64,000 bases of DNA, from NCBI GenBank assembly GCA_965207225.1, contig CBDBLV010000005.1:2012974-2076973 (forward strand), in the 5' to 3' direction. Position numbers and translations under genes: made by a program. The stretch is from Dehalococcoidia bacterium. Its GTDB lineage: Bacteria; Chloroflexota; Dehalococcoidia; Plut-88900. Positions 1 through 9,407 of the stretch are shown here, piece after piece. Below the pieces are notes generated by a model. That model was not told the DNA's origin and did not search any database. It was given only the letters and a program-made list of their open reading frames with translations. The stretch's first letter is position 1. Every line of letters begins with the position of its first letter.

Positions 1-42
1 ACCGCGCCGCCGATGCGACCGAGGAGGGTGCGGAGAGCCGGG

Positions 43-549
43 TCAAGGGCAAGCCTTCGCTAGAGCCTGCCTCGTACTCGATACGAGAGGCTGGAGGCCC
101 CGGAGGCTGCGCTCCGAGACCAGCTTGCCGGGCCGCCAGCGCATCCCCAGGACCGCAGCCACCTCCAGCGTCCCGTCGCCGTGGGGAACCAGCGCTGAGG
201 CTCTGCCTACGCCCTGGCTGTAGAGCACCGCGCCCCGGCCGCTGAAGCGCCGCCTGACCATCTGCTTCCACTCGGAGAAGGCCCACCGAGCCTCCCTCGG
301 CGTCGCCTGCGCCACGTTCGCACTGCCCAGCGCCGCCAGCGCCCCGTCCACGTCCCCCGCCTGCCTGAGCCGTCGGGCCTCGTGGATGGAGCGGGTTGCG
401 CTCCGCTCAACCGGCTGAGTCTCCGTCTCCCCCGTGAATCCCATCGCCGCGAACACCCGGTCCACCAGCTCCTCCAGGCTGCGCCGGGGCCGCATCGTCT
501 CTGTGGTCTCCATCGTCCGATTGCCTATTGCTGCCGTTGCCGTCGTCAT
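43..549 (-). CDS. Hypothetical leading-region protein
   Basis: ORF 43..612; likely start MTTATAA at 549 after an AGGAGG RBS. Confidence 0.65.
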   Translation of the reverse strand: MTTATAAIGNRTMETTETMRPRRSLEELVDRVFAAMGFTGETETQPVERSATRSIHEARRLRQAGDVDGALAALGSANVAQATPREARWAFSEWKQMVRRRFSGRGAVLYSQGVGRASALVPHGDGTLEVAAVLGMRWRPGKLVSERSLRGLQPLVSSTRQALAKACP

Positions 550-682
550 CGTGCACCTCCTACGTGCCTGTGTTTGTGTTGCCTTGAATCCGTTGCGCCC
601 GCTTTCGGGCAAAGAAGTAGGGGCCGCCCTCGGAGAGAGCGACCCCTGCGTGTTGTGATGGGTTGTGAGAAGCCCGAAGCCG

Positions 683-1153
683 TCAGCGACGGAACCTCCG
701 CGCCGAACGACGGGGCATGAACCGCCTGAGCAGCAGCCAGCCGATGCCCAGACCGAACAGGTTCAGGAAGAACAGCTCCAGGTCGAGGGTGAGCAGCGGC
801 GCGGCGACGACCAGGGCGACGACCCCGGCCACCACGACCTTCTTCCGCTTCCACCAGGGTTTCTTGGCCTCAGCCCCAACCGCCGCATCCCTGACCGGCT
901 CGCAGGCCGTCCAGATCGGCAGACCGGTGAGGGCCTCAAGCTCGGTGACTATCACGCCGCGACCGCAGCCCCGTGTGTGGCACCGTACGTCGATGCCGTT
1001 GCCGTCGGGTCGCTGCCGAAACGCCAGCCCGTCGGACTTCCCGCCGTGGCACACCGCCGTGCTGGTCCAGAACCACCCGTTGTGGAAACTCACGCGATGC
1101 GCCAGCAGGTCTGCGATCCGCGCCGCGCTGGGTCCGACGTACTGCTCCGCCAT
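683..1153 (-). CDS. Membrane protein with N-terminal primase-like Zn-binding motif
   Basis: AVCHGGKS...VRCHTRGC motif, two C-terminal hydrophobic segments, GGAGG RBS before MAEQ. Confidence 0.6.
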   Translation of the reverse strand: MAEQYVGPSAARIADLLAHRVSFHNGWFWTSTAVCHGGKSDGLAFRQRPDGNGIDVRCHTRGCGRGVIVTELEALTGLPIWTACEPVRDAAVGAEAKKPWWKRKKVVVAGVVALVVAAPLLTLDLELFFLNLFGLGIGWLLLRRFMPRRSARRFRR

Positions 1154-1290
1154 GCTCGTACCTCCTTCTCCGTTGTCCTGTGCCCTTGATTCGTCCATGT
1201 GCGATACCCCCTTGTGTGTTGTGTGCCGTTGACTCCGTTCCTAAGACGCACCCGGACCGCCAGCGATGCAAACGCATGGGAGACCGGGGT

Positions 1291-1766
1291 GAAAGAAGAC
1301 GCAGCTCGCCCAAGGTGAAGTCGGTCAGTGGGGAAGAGTTGCGAGACGTGAAGCGGCCAGCCTGCTCGGAGCGGCAGACCGGCGCGTGTCGTAGCTGCGG
1401 TGTAGCCGCGTGCCAGCCATCCCGCAGACGTGTCGAACTGGCCGAGGCGACAGGCGCACTTCGACCAGTTTGCCGGGGACGAGGCGCTCATGCGCACCCG
1501 TCCTCCTTGGCCCAACGGATGAGGCGATCAACCCCAGCCGTCAGACCTATGCCCAGCGGGTGAAGGATCAACGTCAAACTTCAACCGCCGGACTGAGCCG
1601 GGGACGGAGGCCCTTGCGTCAACTCCGTCGAATCGGCCCGCGCTGGTTGCGAAGGACCAACGTCAAACTCCGCATTGCCAGCATTCCCTCTTGGGCGAAG
1701 CCCGTGCAACAGGGATCACGCACCCAGGTTTCTATGGTCGGAAACCTTGGAGAAAGCCAAACAGTG
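1291..1766 (-). ncRNA. Putative large structured ncRNA or ssDNA element, copy A
   Basis: Non-coding; conserved as an inverted copy at 59016-59527; many hairpins with G-U-compatible substitutions; TGnGATAAT just upstream. Confidence 0.6.
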
Positions 1767-1771
1767 GGGTC

Positions 1772-1811
1772 ATTATCGCAGGTCTCCGACGCCGAAAAGA
1801 CCCCACGCATG
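1772..1811 (-). promoter_or_regulatory. Putative promoter with shared operator motif
   Basis: CATGCGTGGGGTCTTTTCGGCGT, then 11 nt, then GATAAT. Confidence 0.5.
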
Positions 1812-1865
1812 CCCCCACCCTGAGAATTGCTCTGGGGTTCACTCCCGCATCGGCAACGCCGGGCG

Positions 1866-2723
1866 CTACTGCGAGGGCCGCCGCCACCTCAGAGTGAGCG
1901 CCCGCCACACCTTGGTCACGACCTCGCGCCTGGCCCGCGCTCTCCGCGTGTCGAAGAGGGCCTTCCTGCGCCAGCTGACCTGGCCGCTGCGGTCGAGGCC
2001 GTGCAGGGGCTGCTTCTCCGGGGGGAGCGTCATCCCGTGCTCCTCCAGCAATGCAAGCTCCATCTCCAGCAGCCGCTCCCGCTCCACCAGCCAATCAAGG
2101 CCCTTCCCGTCGTTGGGGTGAGACTCCTTCAACGCCCGCCACCGGACGATCAGGGACCAGGCGTCTCCGAAGACCTCCTCGTCGTCATCGGCGGGCTCAA
2201 GGGTCACCAGATCGGGGTACTCGCGCCGCATCGAGGACTTTGACGCAGGACTTCCTTCGCTCACTGACCCTGCATCCTCTCCTTTATCAGCGCTCTGCTC
2301 CGAGGGACCGGCGCCGGCGTGACCGGCCCCGGTCGTCTTCGGACTCACTGTGCCCTCCTTTGCGAGAGCCTCCACCGCGCCTTCCACCCTGGACAGCCGC
2401 CTGCGCGCCTCCTTGCCCAGCGACTCCATCCCGCTCTCCAACTCCCCCAGGCGCTCCTCCAGGGCGTCGTTGCGCTCTCGCTGACGGGCCGCCGCAGAAC
2501 CCACGCCCTCCTGCAAGGCCCGCTCCAGGGACTCCCGCATCCGCCGCGACAGCCTCCCCGTCCTGGCGCTCTCGGCCACCGTGCGCTGGTCGATCTCCAA
2601 CACCCGCGCCGCGCCCTTGTATCCCCGCTCCCGCACCAGCTCTTGCAGCAACGTCATGAGCCTCATGTGGTACATGTTCTCCACGTCTCTGCTGTCCTCG
2701 ATGCCGTGTTCGGTCGTCTTCAT
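1866..2723 (-). CDS. HTH plus coiled-coil putative ICE regulator
   Basis: YKGAARVLEIDQRTVAES HTH; paralogue at 23316..23756 and remnant at 57846. Confidence 0.7.
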   Translation of the reverse strand: MKTTEHGIEDSRDVENMYHMRLMTLLQELVRERGYKGAARVLEIDQRTVAESARTGRLSRRMRESLERALQEGVGSAAARQRERNDALEERLGELESGMESLGKEARRRLSRVEGAVEALAKEGTVSPKTTGAGHAGAGPSEQSADKGEDAGSVSEGSPASKSSMRREYPDLVTLEPADDDEEVFGDAWSLIVRWRALKESHPNDGKGLDWLVERERLLEMELALLEEHGMTLPPEKQPLHGLDRSGQVSWRRKALFDTRRARARREVVTKVWRALTLRWRRPSQ

Positions 2724-2759
2724 GGCAATTTCCTCCTTCTCCGAAAACTCGTTCCAGCT

Positions 2760-3130
2760 ATGAATTCCGCCAAGTCCGTGATTCGCCCGATCTCTCGCCT
2801 CGCGTAACGCACCCCCACCTCAAGCGGACTTTTCGGCCGTTTTTGTCATCGGGCCGTCGATTTTGGCCGCGTCATGCACCCCCACCTCAAGCCTCTTTTT
2901 GTCATTGGAGACCGGACTCCGCCCTTTCATCAGATTGCTCACCGTTCACCTCCTGTAGAGGGGGTTTTGCCCCTGATTTAGCTACGAAATCACGACTTTG
3001 ACCACTCAGTCACAAAAGTCCATTTCCTGTACACCCCCAATACTGCACGAAACGGGCCTCAGATAAGAGGGCATGGATGGTGCCACCATGCGTGGGGTCT
3101 TTTTCGGCGTTTGATTTGTTCACACTCTCC
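2760..3130. promoter_or_regulatory. Divergent control region (possible oriT region)
   Basis: CACCCCCACCTCAA direct repeats; operator at 3087-3110 then CACACT; homologous copies at 57463-58690 and partial copies at 23911 and 24165. Confidence 0.55.
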
Positions 3131-3172
3131 TGCGGCGGCCCAAACCGATAGGCCGCACGAAACCGCACCGAG

Positions 3173-3790
3173 GTGAATGTCTTGGCGCAGAAATCGAAAC
3201 TCCGGTCGGCAAGACGGCTGATCCCCCTGGCCATCGCGCTGTTCTTGGCGGCGCTGGTGGCCATACCCACGAGCAACCTCGCCCTGGCCCAGTCGCCGCC
3301 CGCCGGCGACATCACCCTCGTCAACACCGACAGAGAATTCGTCGAGCGCAAGAAGGGCGGCGAGTTCGTCGCACGGCCCCTCTTCGACCGCAAGATAGCA
3401 GACCTCTTCTACGCCGTTCGCGACGCCGACACCGGCGACTGGATATCCGCCATGTACCGGGTCAGGGGCGGCGAGAAGAAGCGCTCCGACGGCTGGGAGT
3501 ACTCCTGGGAGTATCCCAGGCTCGACGAGCAGCCCGACCTCGACCCCGACAGGGCCTACCTGCTGGTCATGCTGGCTCACGCCGAGGACGGCAAGCAGGG
3601 AGACTTCTACGCCGTCGTCCCCATCCACCAGCCGGGACGCATCTGGGACAAGATTCTGAGCGCCCTCAACCCCTCCCGCTGGGCCAGGGCCTTCGCCGGC
3701 TGGGTGATCGAGGGAGTCCACGGCACGCTGTGCGGCGTGGTGGAGCGGGCCTCGGGCGAGGACGCCGACAACTGCCGGGGCGGGAGTTAG
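3173..3790 (+). CDS. Secreted protein, first gene of the transfer operon
   Basis: Signal peptide ending ALA-Q; directly upstream of the VirB6-like gene. Confidence 0.7.
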   Translation: MNVLAQKSKLRSARRLIPLAIALFLAALVAIPTSNLALAQSPPAGDITLVNTDREFVERKKGGEFVARPLFDRKIADLFYAVRDADTGDWISAMYRVRGGEKKRSDGWEYSWEYPRLDEQPDLDPDRAYLLVMLAHAEDGKQGDFYAVVPIHQPGRIWDKILSALNPSRWARAFAGWVIEGVHGTLCGVVERASGEDADNCRGGS

Positions 3791-3793
3791 CCG

Positions 3794-4774
3794 ATGAGCG
3801 ACATCCTCACCGGGACTCCCCCCGACCTCACCTACGCCCACGACCTGGTGCAGCAGGCGTGGATGGTCGTCTGGGCCATCACGTCGGGCGCCCTAATCGT
3901 GATCCTGGGCTGGATGGGGCTGTCCCTCATCGTGTCCGAGCACCTCGGAAGGTCTCAGACAGGTTGGCGGGAGATGGTCCCCCGGCTGGTGCTGGGGCTT
4001 GTGGCCGCCGCGTCCTCCCTGTGGTGGTGCGCCCTGGTCATCGACGTGGCCGACGCCGTGTCCGGCTTCGTCGCGGTATCTCTGAACGTCACCGCCGGGG
4101 ACATGCTCAGGTCCACCCTCAAGACCCTGCTCACGGCGGTTCAGGCCGGAAGCGTGGGCATGGCGTTGCTGCTGGCCCTTCTCTACCTGGTCTACGGCTT
4201 CTTCGTCCTCTACGTCATCGTGCAGATGATCCTGCGCCTTGCGTTGATCGACATCCTCCTGGCCCTGGCCCCCATCGCCTTGGGGCTGTGGATTCTGCCG
4301 CACACGGCGGGCTGGGGCCGCCACTGGCTCAGGCTCTTCATGACGACCACCTTCCAGCAGGCGATCCAGCTCATCGCGTTGGCGTTGGGGTTCGGGTTCC
4401 TGAACGAGGTGGCCGCCATCGCGGCCTTCGAGCCGGTGCAGGACCTGGCCTGGAAGCTCTTGATGAGCCTGGCCTTCGTCTACATGGCAACCCGGGTGCC
4501 GTCCCTCTTGGGCAACGCCGGCACCTTCGACTCCTGGCTTTCGATGCTCTACTTCGGCATGAACCTGCCCGCGTCCTTCGTGCGCTCTGCAAAGACCATC
4601 GGGCTGATGGCCGGGGGAGCGGCGGGCGGGCCGGGAGGCGTTGCGGTCGGAGCGGTTGCTGCCAGTGCGGGGCTGTCGGCTGCGGCTGGCGGCCTCAGCT
4701 CGGCGGCTTCCATGGCGACCCCGTCGGGCGGCGGAGACATGGGCGGCGAAGCCCCCAGGAGCGCGAACGAGTAA
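3794..4774 (+). CDS. VirB6/TrbL-like polytopic conjugation protein
   Basis: Many TM helices, LAPIALGLWILPHT motif, Gly/Ala-rich tail. Confidence 0.8.
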   Translation: MSDILTGTPPDLTYAHDLVQQAWMVVWAITSGALIVILGWMGLSLIVSEHLGRSQTGWREMVPRLVLGLVAAASSLWWCALVIDVADAVSGFVAVSLNVTAGDMLRSTLKTLLTAVQAGSVGMALLLALLYLVYGFFVLYVIVQMILRLALIDILLALAPIALGLWILPHTAGWGRHWLRLFMTTTFQQAIQLIALALGFGFLNEVAAIAAFEPVQDLAWKLLMSLAFVYMATRVPSLLGNAGTFDSWLSMLYFGMNLPASFVRSAKTIGLMAGGAAGGPGGVAVGAVAASAGLSAAAGGLSSAASMATPSGGGDMGGEAPRSANE

Positions 4775-4917
4775 CGACTAGCAAATCCACAGGCGCGGAC
4801 GAGACAAGCGCCGACCGATACCACGACGGAGGCGGAGCGATGTGCATGTGACGGAGCTGACAGACACCAACCGATAGAGACGAGCGGAAGGCTCGAAGAA
4901 CGAAGGGAGAAAAACGA

Positions 4918-5202
4918 ATGGAAAACCTGACACAGACCATATCGAACCTGGTGGGCATCCTGCTGGGGATCGTGGGAGTCGTGGGCGTGGGCTTCTTCAT
5001 CTACGGGGCCTACCTGTACCTGACGGCCAGCGGAGCACCCCACCAGATGGAGCGTGGCAAGAGCGCCATGATGACCGCCCTCGCGGGCATCGTCCTGGCG
5101 ATGGTGGCCTACGGGGTCGTCGAGCTGGTGATGAACGCGGTGGTGGGCAACCCCGTGGAGATCGATGTGCCCAACCCAGCCACACCCACCCCCGAGGAAT
5201 AG
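4918..5202 (+). CDS. VirB2/TrbC-like pilin
   Basis: Two TM helices flanking YLTASGAPHQMERGK. Confidence 0.8.
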   Translation: MENLTQTISNLVGILLGIVGVVGVGFFIYGAYLYLTASGAPHQMERGKSAMMTALAGIVLAMVAYGVVELVMNAVVGNPVEIDVPNPATPTPEE

Positions 5203-5220
5203 GTGAAGGGAGAGAAAGCA

Positions 5221-6900
5221 ATGAGAGAACACGAGGTACCGACCCATGTGCAGGCCGAGGACAGGGTGCTGCTGTGGTTCACCTTCCCGCAGATCGTGGC
5301 GGTGGTGGCGGTGTGCGCCCTGTCCTACGGCGCATACCGCTACGCACCCGTTGGGCCGTCCGAGGTGCGGATGGGATTCGCCGTCCTGTTCGGGCTGATG
5401 GGCATCGCAGTAGTGGTGGGAAAGATAGGAGGTCGGCGGCTGCCGCTGGTGGCCGCCGACCTCCTCAAGTACCGGCTTGGGGCACGGGTCTACGCCGGGC
5501 CTGTGTCCGGGCTGGTGCGTCCTGAGTCGCCCGCCCCGTTGCAGCCGGTGAAGAGCGGCCCCGGCCCCCTGCGGCTGATGGCAAGGCGGGCCGGAAAGGC
5601 CCTCAAGAGGCTGCGCCGCCGCAGGAAGCAGAAGCGCAACGGGGAAAGAAAACCCTTCCGTCCCCACTGCTGGTTCGGCAAGCGTCGTTCCCGCAAGGCG
5701 GGCCGCGACAGCCAGGGCCACGGACCAAAGGGTTGGATAGCGGTCATGGCGGTCGTCGCAGTGGCGGCCGCCGCCACGGTTCCCCAGTCGGTCCTTGCCG
5801 ACGGCCACGAGCCGTGGCGCGACGAGATCGACTTCGAGGTGACGGAGCCTGTCGAGGGTAGGCGGATATTCGTCGAATCCCTCGCCGTCTCCGGCGACCG
5901 GGCCGCGGTGACCCTGAGGGCGGCCACCGACCTGGACATCAGGGTGAGAGCCTTCGGCGGCAGCCAGGGCACGGCCCTGCGCTTCTGGGGTTCGGCGATG
6001 CTGACGGAGAGGGAGAGCATCGACTATTCGCTGCCCCTCAACGGACCAATGCCCTCCTTCACCGTTTCCTGGGAGGACGCGCTGGGACAGGCGGGGGCGC
6101 TCACCGTCGAGAGCGAGCAGATTCCCTATCCCTTGCCAGTCGTTGAAGGCGAGCTATGCGATCTGCGCATTACATCCCTGGGCTGGACGCCGGGGTCCGT
6201 CACCGGCGTCGTCGAGTCCGACTGCGTTGATGCCGTCGAGCACCTAGTCGAGCTTCAGACGGTGGCCGGACATGAGAGCGTCACCGAGACGGCGCTCATG
6301 GACGCCGGGGTGACTGCCATCACGGGAACGATCGTTGCCACGACGGGAGCATCGACCGCGAACGTCGAATTCGTCCCCGGCGGCGAGACGAGCTTCCGGC
6401 TCGCCGTGCCCACAGGCGAGGCGATTCACGCCGTGAGCGTGGACGTGAGCCTTGAGGCTAGCCTACGCATCCCCATCCCTCCGCTTACGACGCTCACCCA
6501 CCACCCGGAGCGGACGGAGAAGCGCACCGAGACGGTGAGCCTGTACAGGCCGGGGACGACCCAAACCGTCAGCGAAACGGTCACCGTCACCAACGATGAC
6601 GGAACGACCACGGAGCACACCGTCTCCGCCACCTTGTTGGTGCCCGGCGAGACGGTTCAGAAGGACGTGACCCTTACCATCGTCCACCCCGAGCACGTCA
6701 AGGCCGAGACGACCGACCGAGAACCCCTCACTAGGACAAGGGAAGAGTCCCTATCCCTGGCCTCGGAAATCGGGTCCGACGACGCCTTTGCGGCGCTGAC
6801 TCTGCCGGAGCCTGAGCCTGAAGACCCGCCCGCCGAGCAGACGCCCGGCGGCGACCTGACCGACTGGTTCCGCCGGTTGGGATGGGAGTGGCCCTGGTGA
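5221..6900 (+). CDS. PrgI/VirB3-like membrane protein fused to a large extracellular beta-rich domain
   Basis: HEVPTHVQAEDRVLLWFTFPQI N-terminus, two TM, basic linker, third hydrophobic segment, Thr/Val/Glu-rich C-terminus. Confidence 0.7.
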   Translation: MREHEVPTHVQAEDRVLLWFTFPQIVAVVAVCALSYGAYRYAPVGPSEVRMGFAVLFGLMGIAVVVGKIGGRRLPLVAADLLKYRLGARVYAGPVSGLVRPESPAPLQPVKSGPGPLRLMARRAGKALKRLRRRRKQKRNGERKPFRPHCWFGKRRSRKAGRDSQGHGPKGWIAVMAVVAVAAAATVPQSVLADGHEPWRDEIDFEVTEPVEGRRIFVESLAVSGDRAAVTLRAATDLDIRVRAFGGSQGTALRFWGSAMLTERESIDYSLPLNGPMPSFTVSWEDALGQAGALTVESEQIPYPLPVVEGELCDLRITSLGWTPGSVTGVVESDCVDAVEHLVELQTVAGHESVTETALMDAGVTAITGTIVATTGASTANVEFVPGGETSFRLAVPTGEAIHAVSVDVSLEASLRIPIPPLTTLTHHPERTEKRTETVSLYRPGTTQTVSETVTVTNDDGTTTEHTVSATLLVPGETVQKDVTLTIVHPEHVKAETTDREPLTRTREESLSLASEIGSDDAFAALTLPEPEPEDPPAEQTPGGDLTDWFRRLGWEWPW

Positions 6901-7214
6901 GGCGATTCCTGACGGCAATCCTCCTTGCCGGGGCTGCGTTGGCGACCGTCGGCGCGGCCCCGGCGGAGAAGGAAGCGATGCTGGCCGCCTTCGATGCGGT
7001 GCTGACCGCGATGGCCTACGCCGCCGCCGGACTCGCCGTCTTCGCCGTCGTCTGGGCGGGGTTCGTCCTGATGGCCGAGGGCGCGGAGGAGCGTGGCGGC
7101 GGCAGGGCCAAGACCGCAGTGGTGCTGGCCGTCATCGGCCTGGCGCTGGTTCTGTCCGCCAAGGGCGTCGCCGCGCTGCTGAGCCACGGCGTCATCCCCA
7201 TTCCAGTCCCCTAG
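6897..7214 (+). CDS. Second pilin-like protein
   Basis: Signal-like N-terminus plus two TM around AEGAEERGGGRAK; GTG overlaps the upstream stop. Confidence 0.65.
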   Translation: MRRFLTAILLAGAALATVGAAPAEKEAMLAAFDAVLTAMAYAAAGLAVFAVVWAGFVLMAEGAEERGGGRAKTAVVLAVIGLALVLSAKGVAALLSHGVIPIPVP

Positions 7215-8603
7215 TGAGAAAAGGAAGCGAACGAAGTGAAAGAGTTTTTTCTGAACCTGATGAGAGGCGGAGAGCGGCATCCCTCAGAGGAGGGCGATGT
7301 TCAGACGCGCAATGCGAACATCGAAACGAAGACCCGTTCCACGTCGGAGCCGCCCGCGCCGAAACTCCCGCCCGACCTGCCCCTGTTCTTCATGCTGTCG
7401 CACGTCGAGGAGGGCGGCCCGGTGCGGCTGGACGGGGTGAAGGTGGGAGTGTGCGAGGTGATGGGGCTCGAAATCGACGAGCCGAAGCTGGGGGCCTTCG
7501 CCGGGGCGCTCAACGCCCTCGACTTCCCCGTGCAGTTGCTCATTCGCCAGCACCCTCCACGTCTTGGCGGGCTGAGGGAGAAGCTGCAAGAGGCCCAGCC
7601 CGACGACCTTCCCCAGCAGACCAGAGCCGCCGCCGAGTCGCTGAACCGGCTGCTGACCGACCTGGAGGCCCGGGACGGCATCCTGGACCGGCGCTTCTAC
7701 GCCGTCTGCGAGCACGCCCGCATCGACGAGCTGCGGGGTCTGCTGGCGAGGGCCGGACTCTCCGTCCACCCCCTCAGGGGCAGGCAGCTTCGAATGTTTT
7801 TTGTTTCGGCGGCCTTAGGTGGTTCTCCGACCGAGTACGACGAGGAGACGACCGTCAAGGTGCAAGTAAAGAGACGCGAGATGAGCATCGGAGACCGCCT
7901 GGCCCGCTCCCTTCACCTGGGCAAGTGGCCGAGATCGTTGGCCCCGGGGTTCCTGCAAGGACTCATGGCGGCGGGAGCGCCCATGGACCTGTCCATTCAC
8001 CTGGGGTCGATCCCAGCAGAGCAGGCGGCCCGCACCCTCGAATGGCAGAAGGTCAGGTTCGAGTCGGCGCAATCACTGTCGTTCAAGCGGGGGCGAACCA
8101 TGTCGCCGGAGGCCGAGATCGCCCTGGAGGACGTGACAAGGCTCAGGGACGAGGTGCAGAGGGGCAGGGAGCGCCTATTTCACTCCTCTTTATCCGTGAC
8201 CCTCCACGCGAAGGACGAGGCGTCGCTGAAGGAGATGACCCAGAGGGCCAAGGCCCATTTTGCCGCCACTCTCGGCAAGCTGGACAACCTGGCCTTCCGC
8301 CAACGCGAGGGGCTGCTCTCGACGCTGCCCCTGGCCCTGAACGCCGTGGCCGAGTGGAGGACGCTGGACACATCGTCTCTTGCTCGCCTCTTTCCCTTCT
8401 CGCCGCCCGACCTGGATACCCGCAGCGGCACCCTCTACGGCATCGACATGCGGGCCTGCTCCCCGGTGGTCTACGACCCCTGGGACGGCACCCACCTCAA
8501 CTGTCAATGCTAAGTTAGATTTGACCCTTTTCCGCTAAGTTAGAACTGACCCACCTTGTCGTTAAGTCGCCTCCTTTCTGGCAAGCAAGAGTGCCTGTTG
8601 GAT

Positions 8604-9407
8604 TTAGACGTCGCCGGAGCTAGCGGCTTCAGGCGATGTCGATAGCAGTTGATGGGAGGCGAAGAGTCCGGCCTGCCTCTTGCCTTTAAGCCGGTAGCTC
8701 TCGCCTCGGATGTTGAGGACGTGGCTGTGGTGCAGCAGCCGGTCCAGGATGGCCGAGGCGATGACGGTATCGCCCAGAAGCTCACCCCACTCGGCGAAGC
8801 CCTTGTTGGAGGTGAGGATGATGCTGCCCCGCTCATAGCGAGCCGACACCAGGGTGAAGAAGGCGGTGGAGGCGTCCCGGTCGTAAGGCCAGATGCCGAA
8901 CTCGTCCACGATGAGTAGCTTGGGCGACAGGTAGACCCGCATGCGCCGTTGGAGGTTGTTCTCCACCCTGGCCTTCCTCAGGTCCTCCATCAGGTCGTAG
9001 GCTCGGACGAAGTAGGCCCCCTGGCTCTTCTCGATGGCCTTGAGCGCTAGGGCCACCGCCAGATGGGTCTTGCCCACACCTGGCGGTCCCAGGAGCAGCA
9101 GGTTGGTGGCTTCAGCGACGAAGGACAGGCCGGCCAGTTCCCGCACCTGTCGCTCGTCGATGGAGGGCTGGAACGAGAAGTCGAACTGCTCCAAGGTCCG
9201 GTGGAAGGGGAGGTGAGCCAGCTTCGTCCTGGTGGACATGTACCGCTCCTTCCGGGCGGCCACTTCCACGCCGAGTAGCTCTGCCAGCATCTCGGGGTAG
9301 GTCAGTTTCTTGGTGGCCGCAGCGTCCAGGGAGTTGTCCAGGGCTTCGACGGCCTGCTTGAGGCCCAGCGTCTCCAGGTGCTGGCGAGCCTGTTCCAGCG
9401 CGATCAT
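8604..9407 (-). CDS. istB: IS21 helper ATPase
   Basis: GPPGVGKTH, LLIVDEFG, AILDRLLHH. Confidence 0.95.
   Translation of the reverse strand: MIALEQARQHLETLGLKQAVEALDNSLDAAATKKLTYPEMLAELLGVEVAARKERYMSTRTKLAHLPFHRTLEQFDFSFQPSIDERQVRELAGLSFVAEATNLLLLGPPGVGKTHLAVALALKAIEKSQGAYFVRAYDLMEDLRKARVENNLQRRMRVYLSPKLLIVDEFGIWPYDRDASTAFFTLVSARYERGSIILTSNKGFAEWGELLGDTVIASAILDRLLHHSHVLNIRGESYRLKGKRQAGLFASHQLLSTSPEAASSGDV

Noticed and set aside
1090-1823. Short ORFs over the structured element
   Set aside because: Frames are not preserved between the two copies; conservation follows base pairing
2984-2996. ACGAAATCACGAC as another att arm
   Set aside because: Partial match only; lacks the AGAACC end and the GG centre, and no breakpoint is nearby
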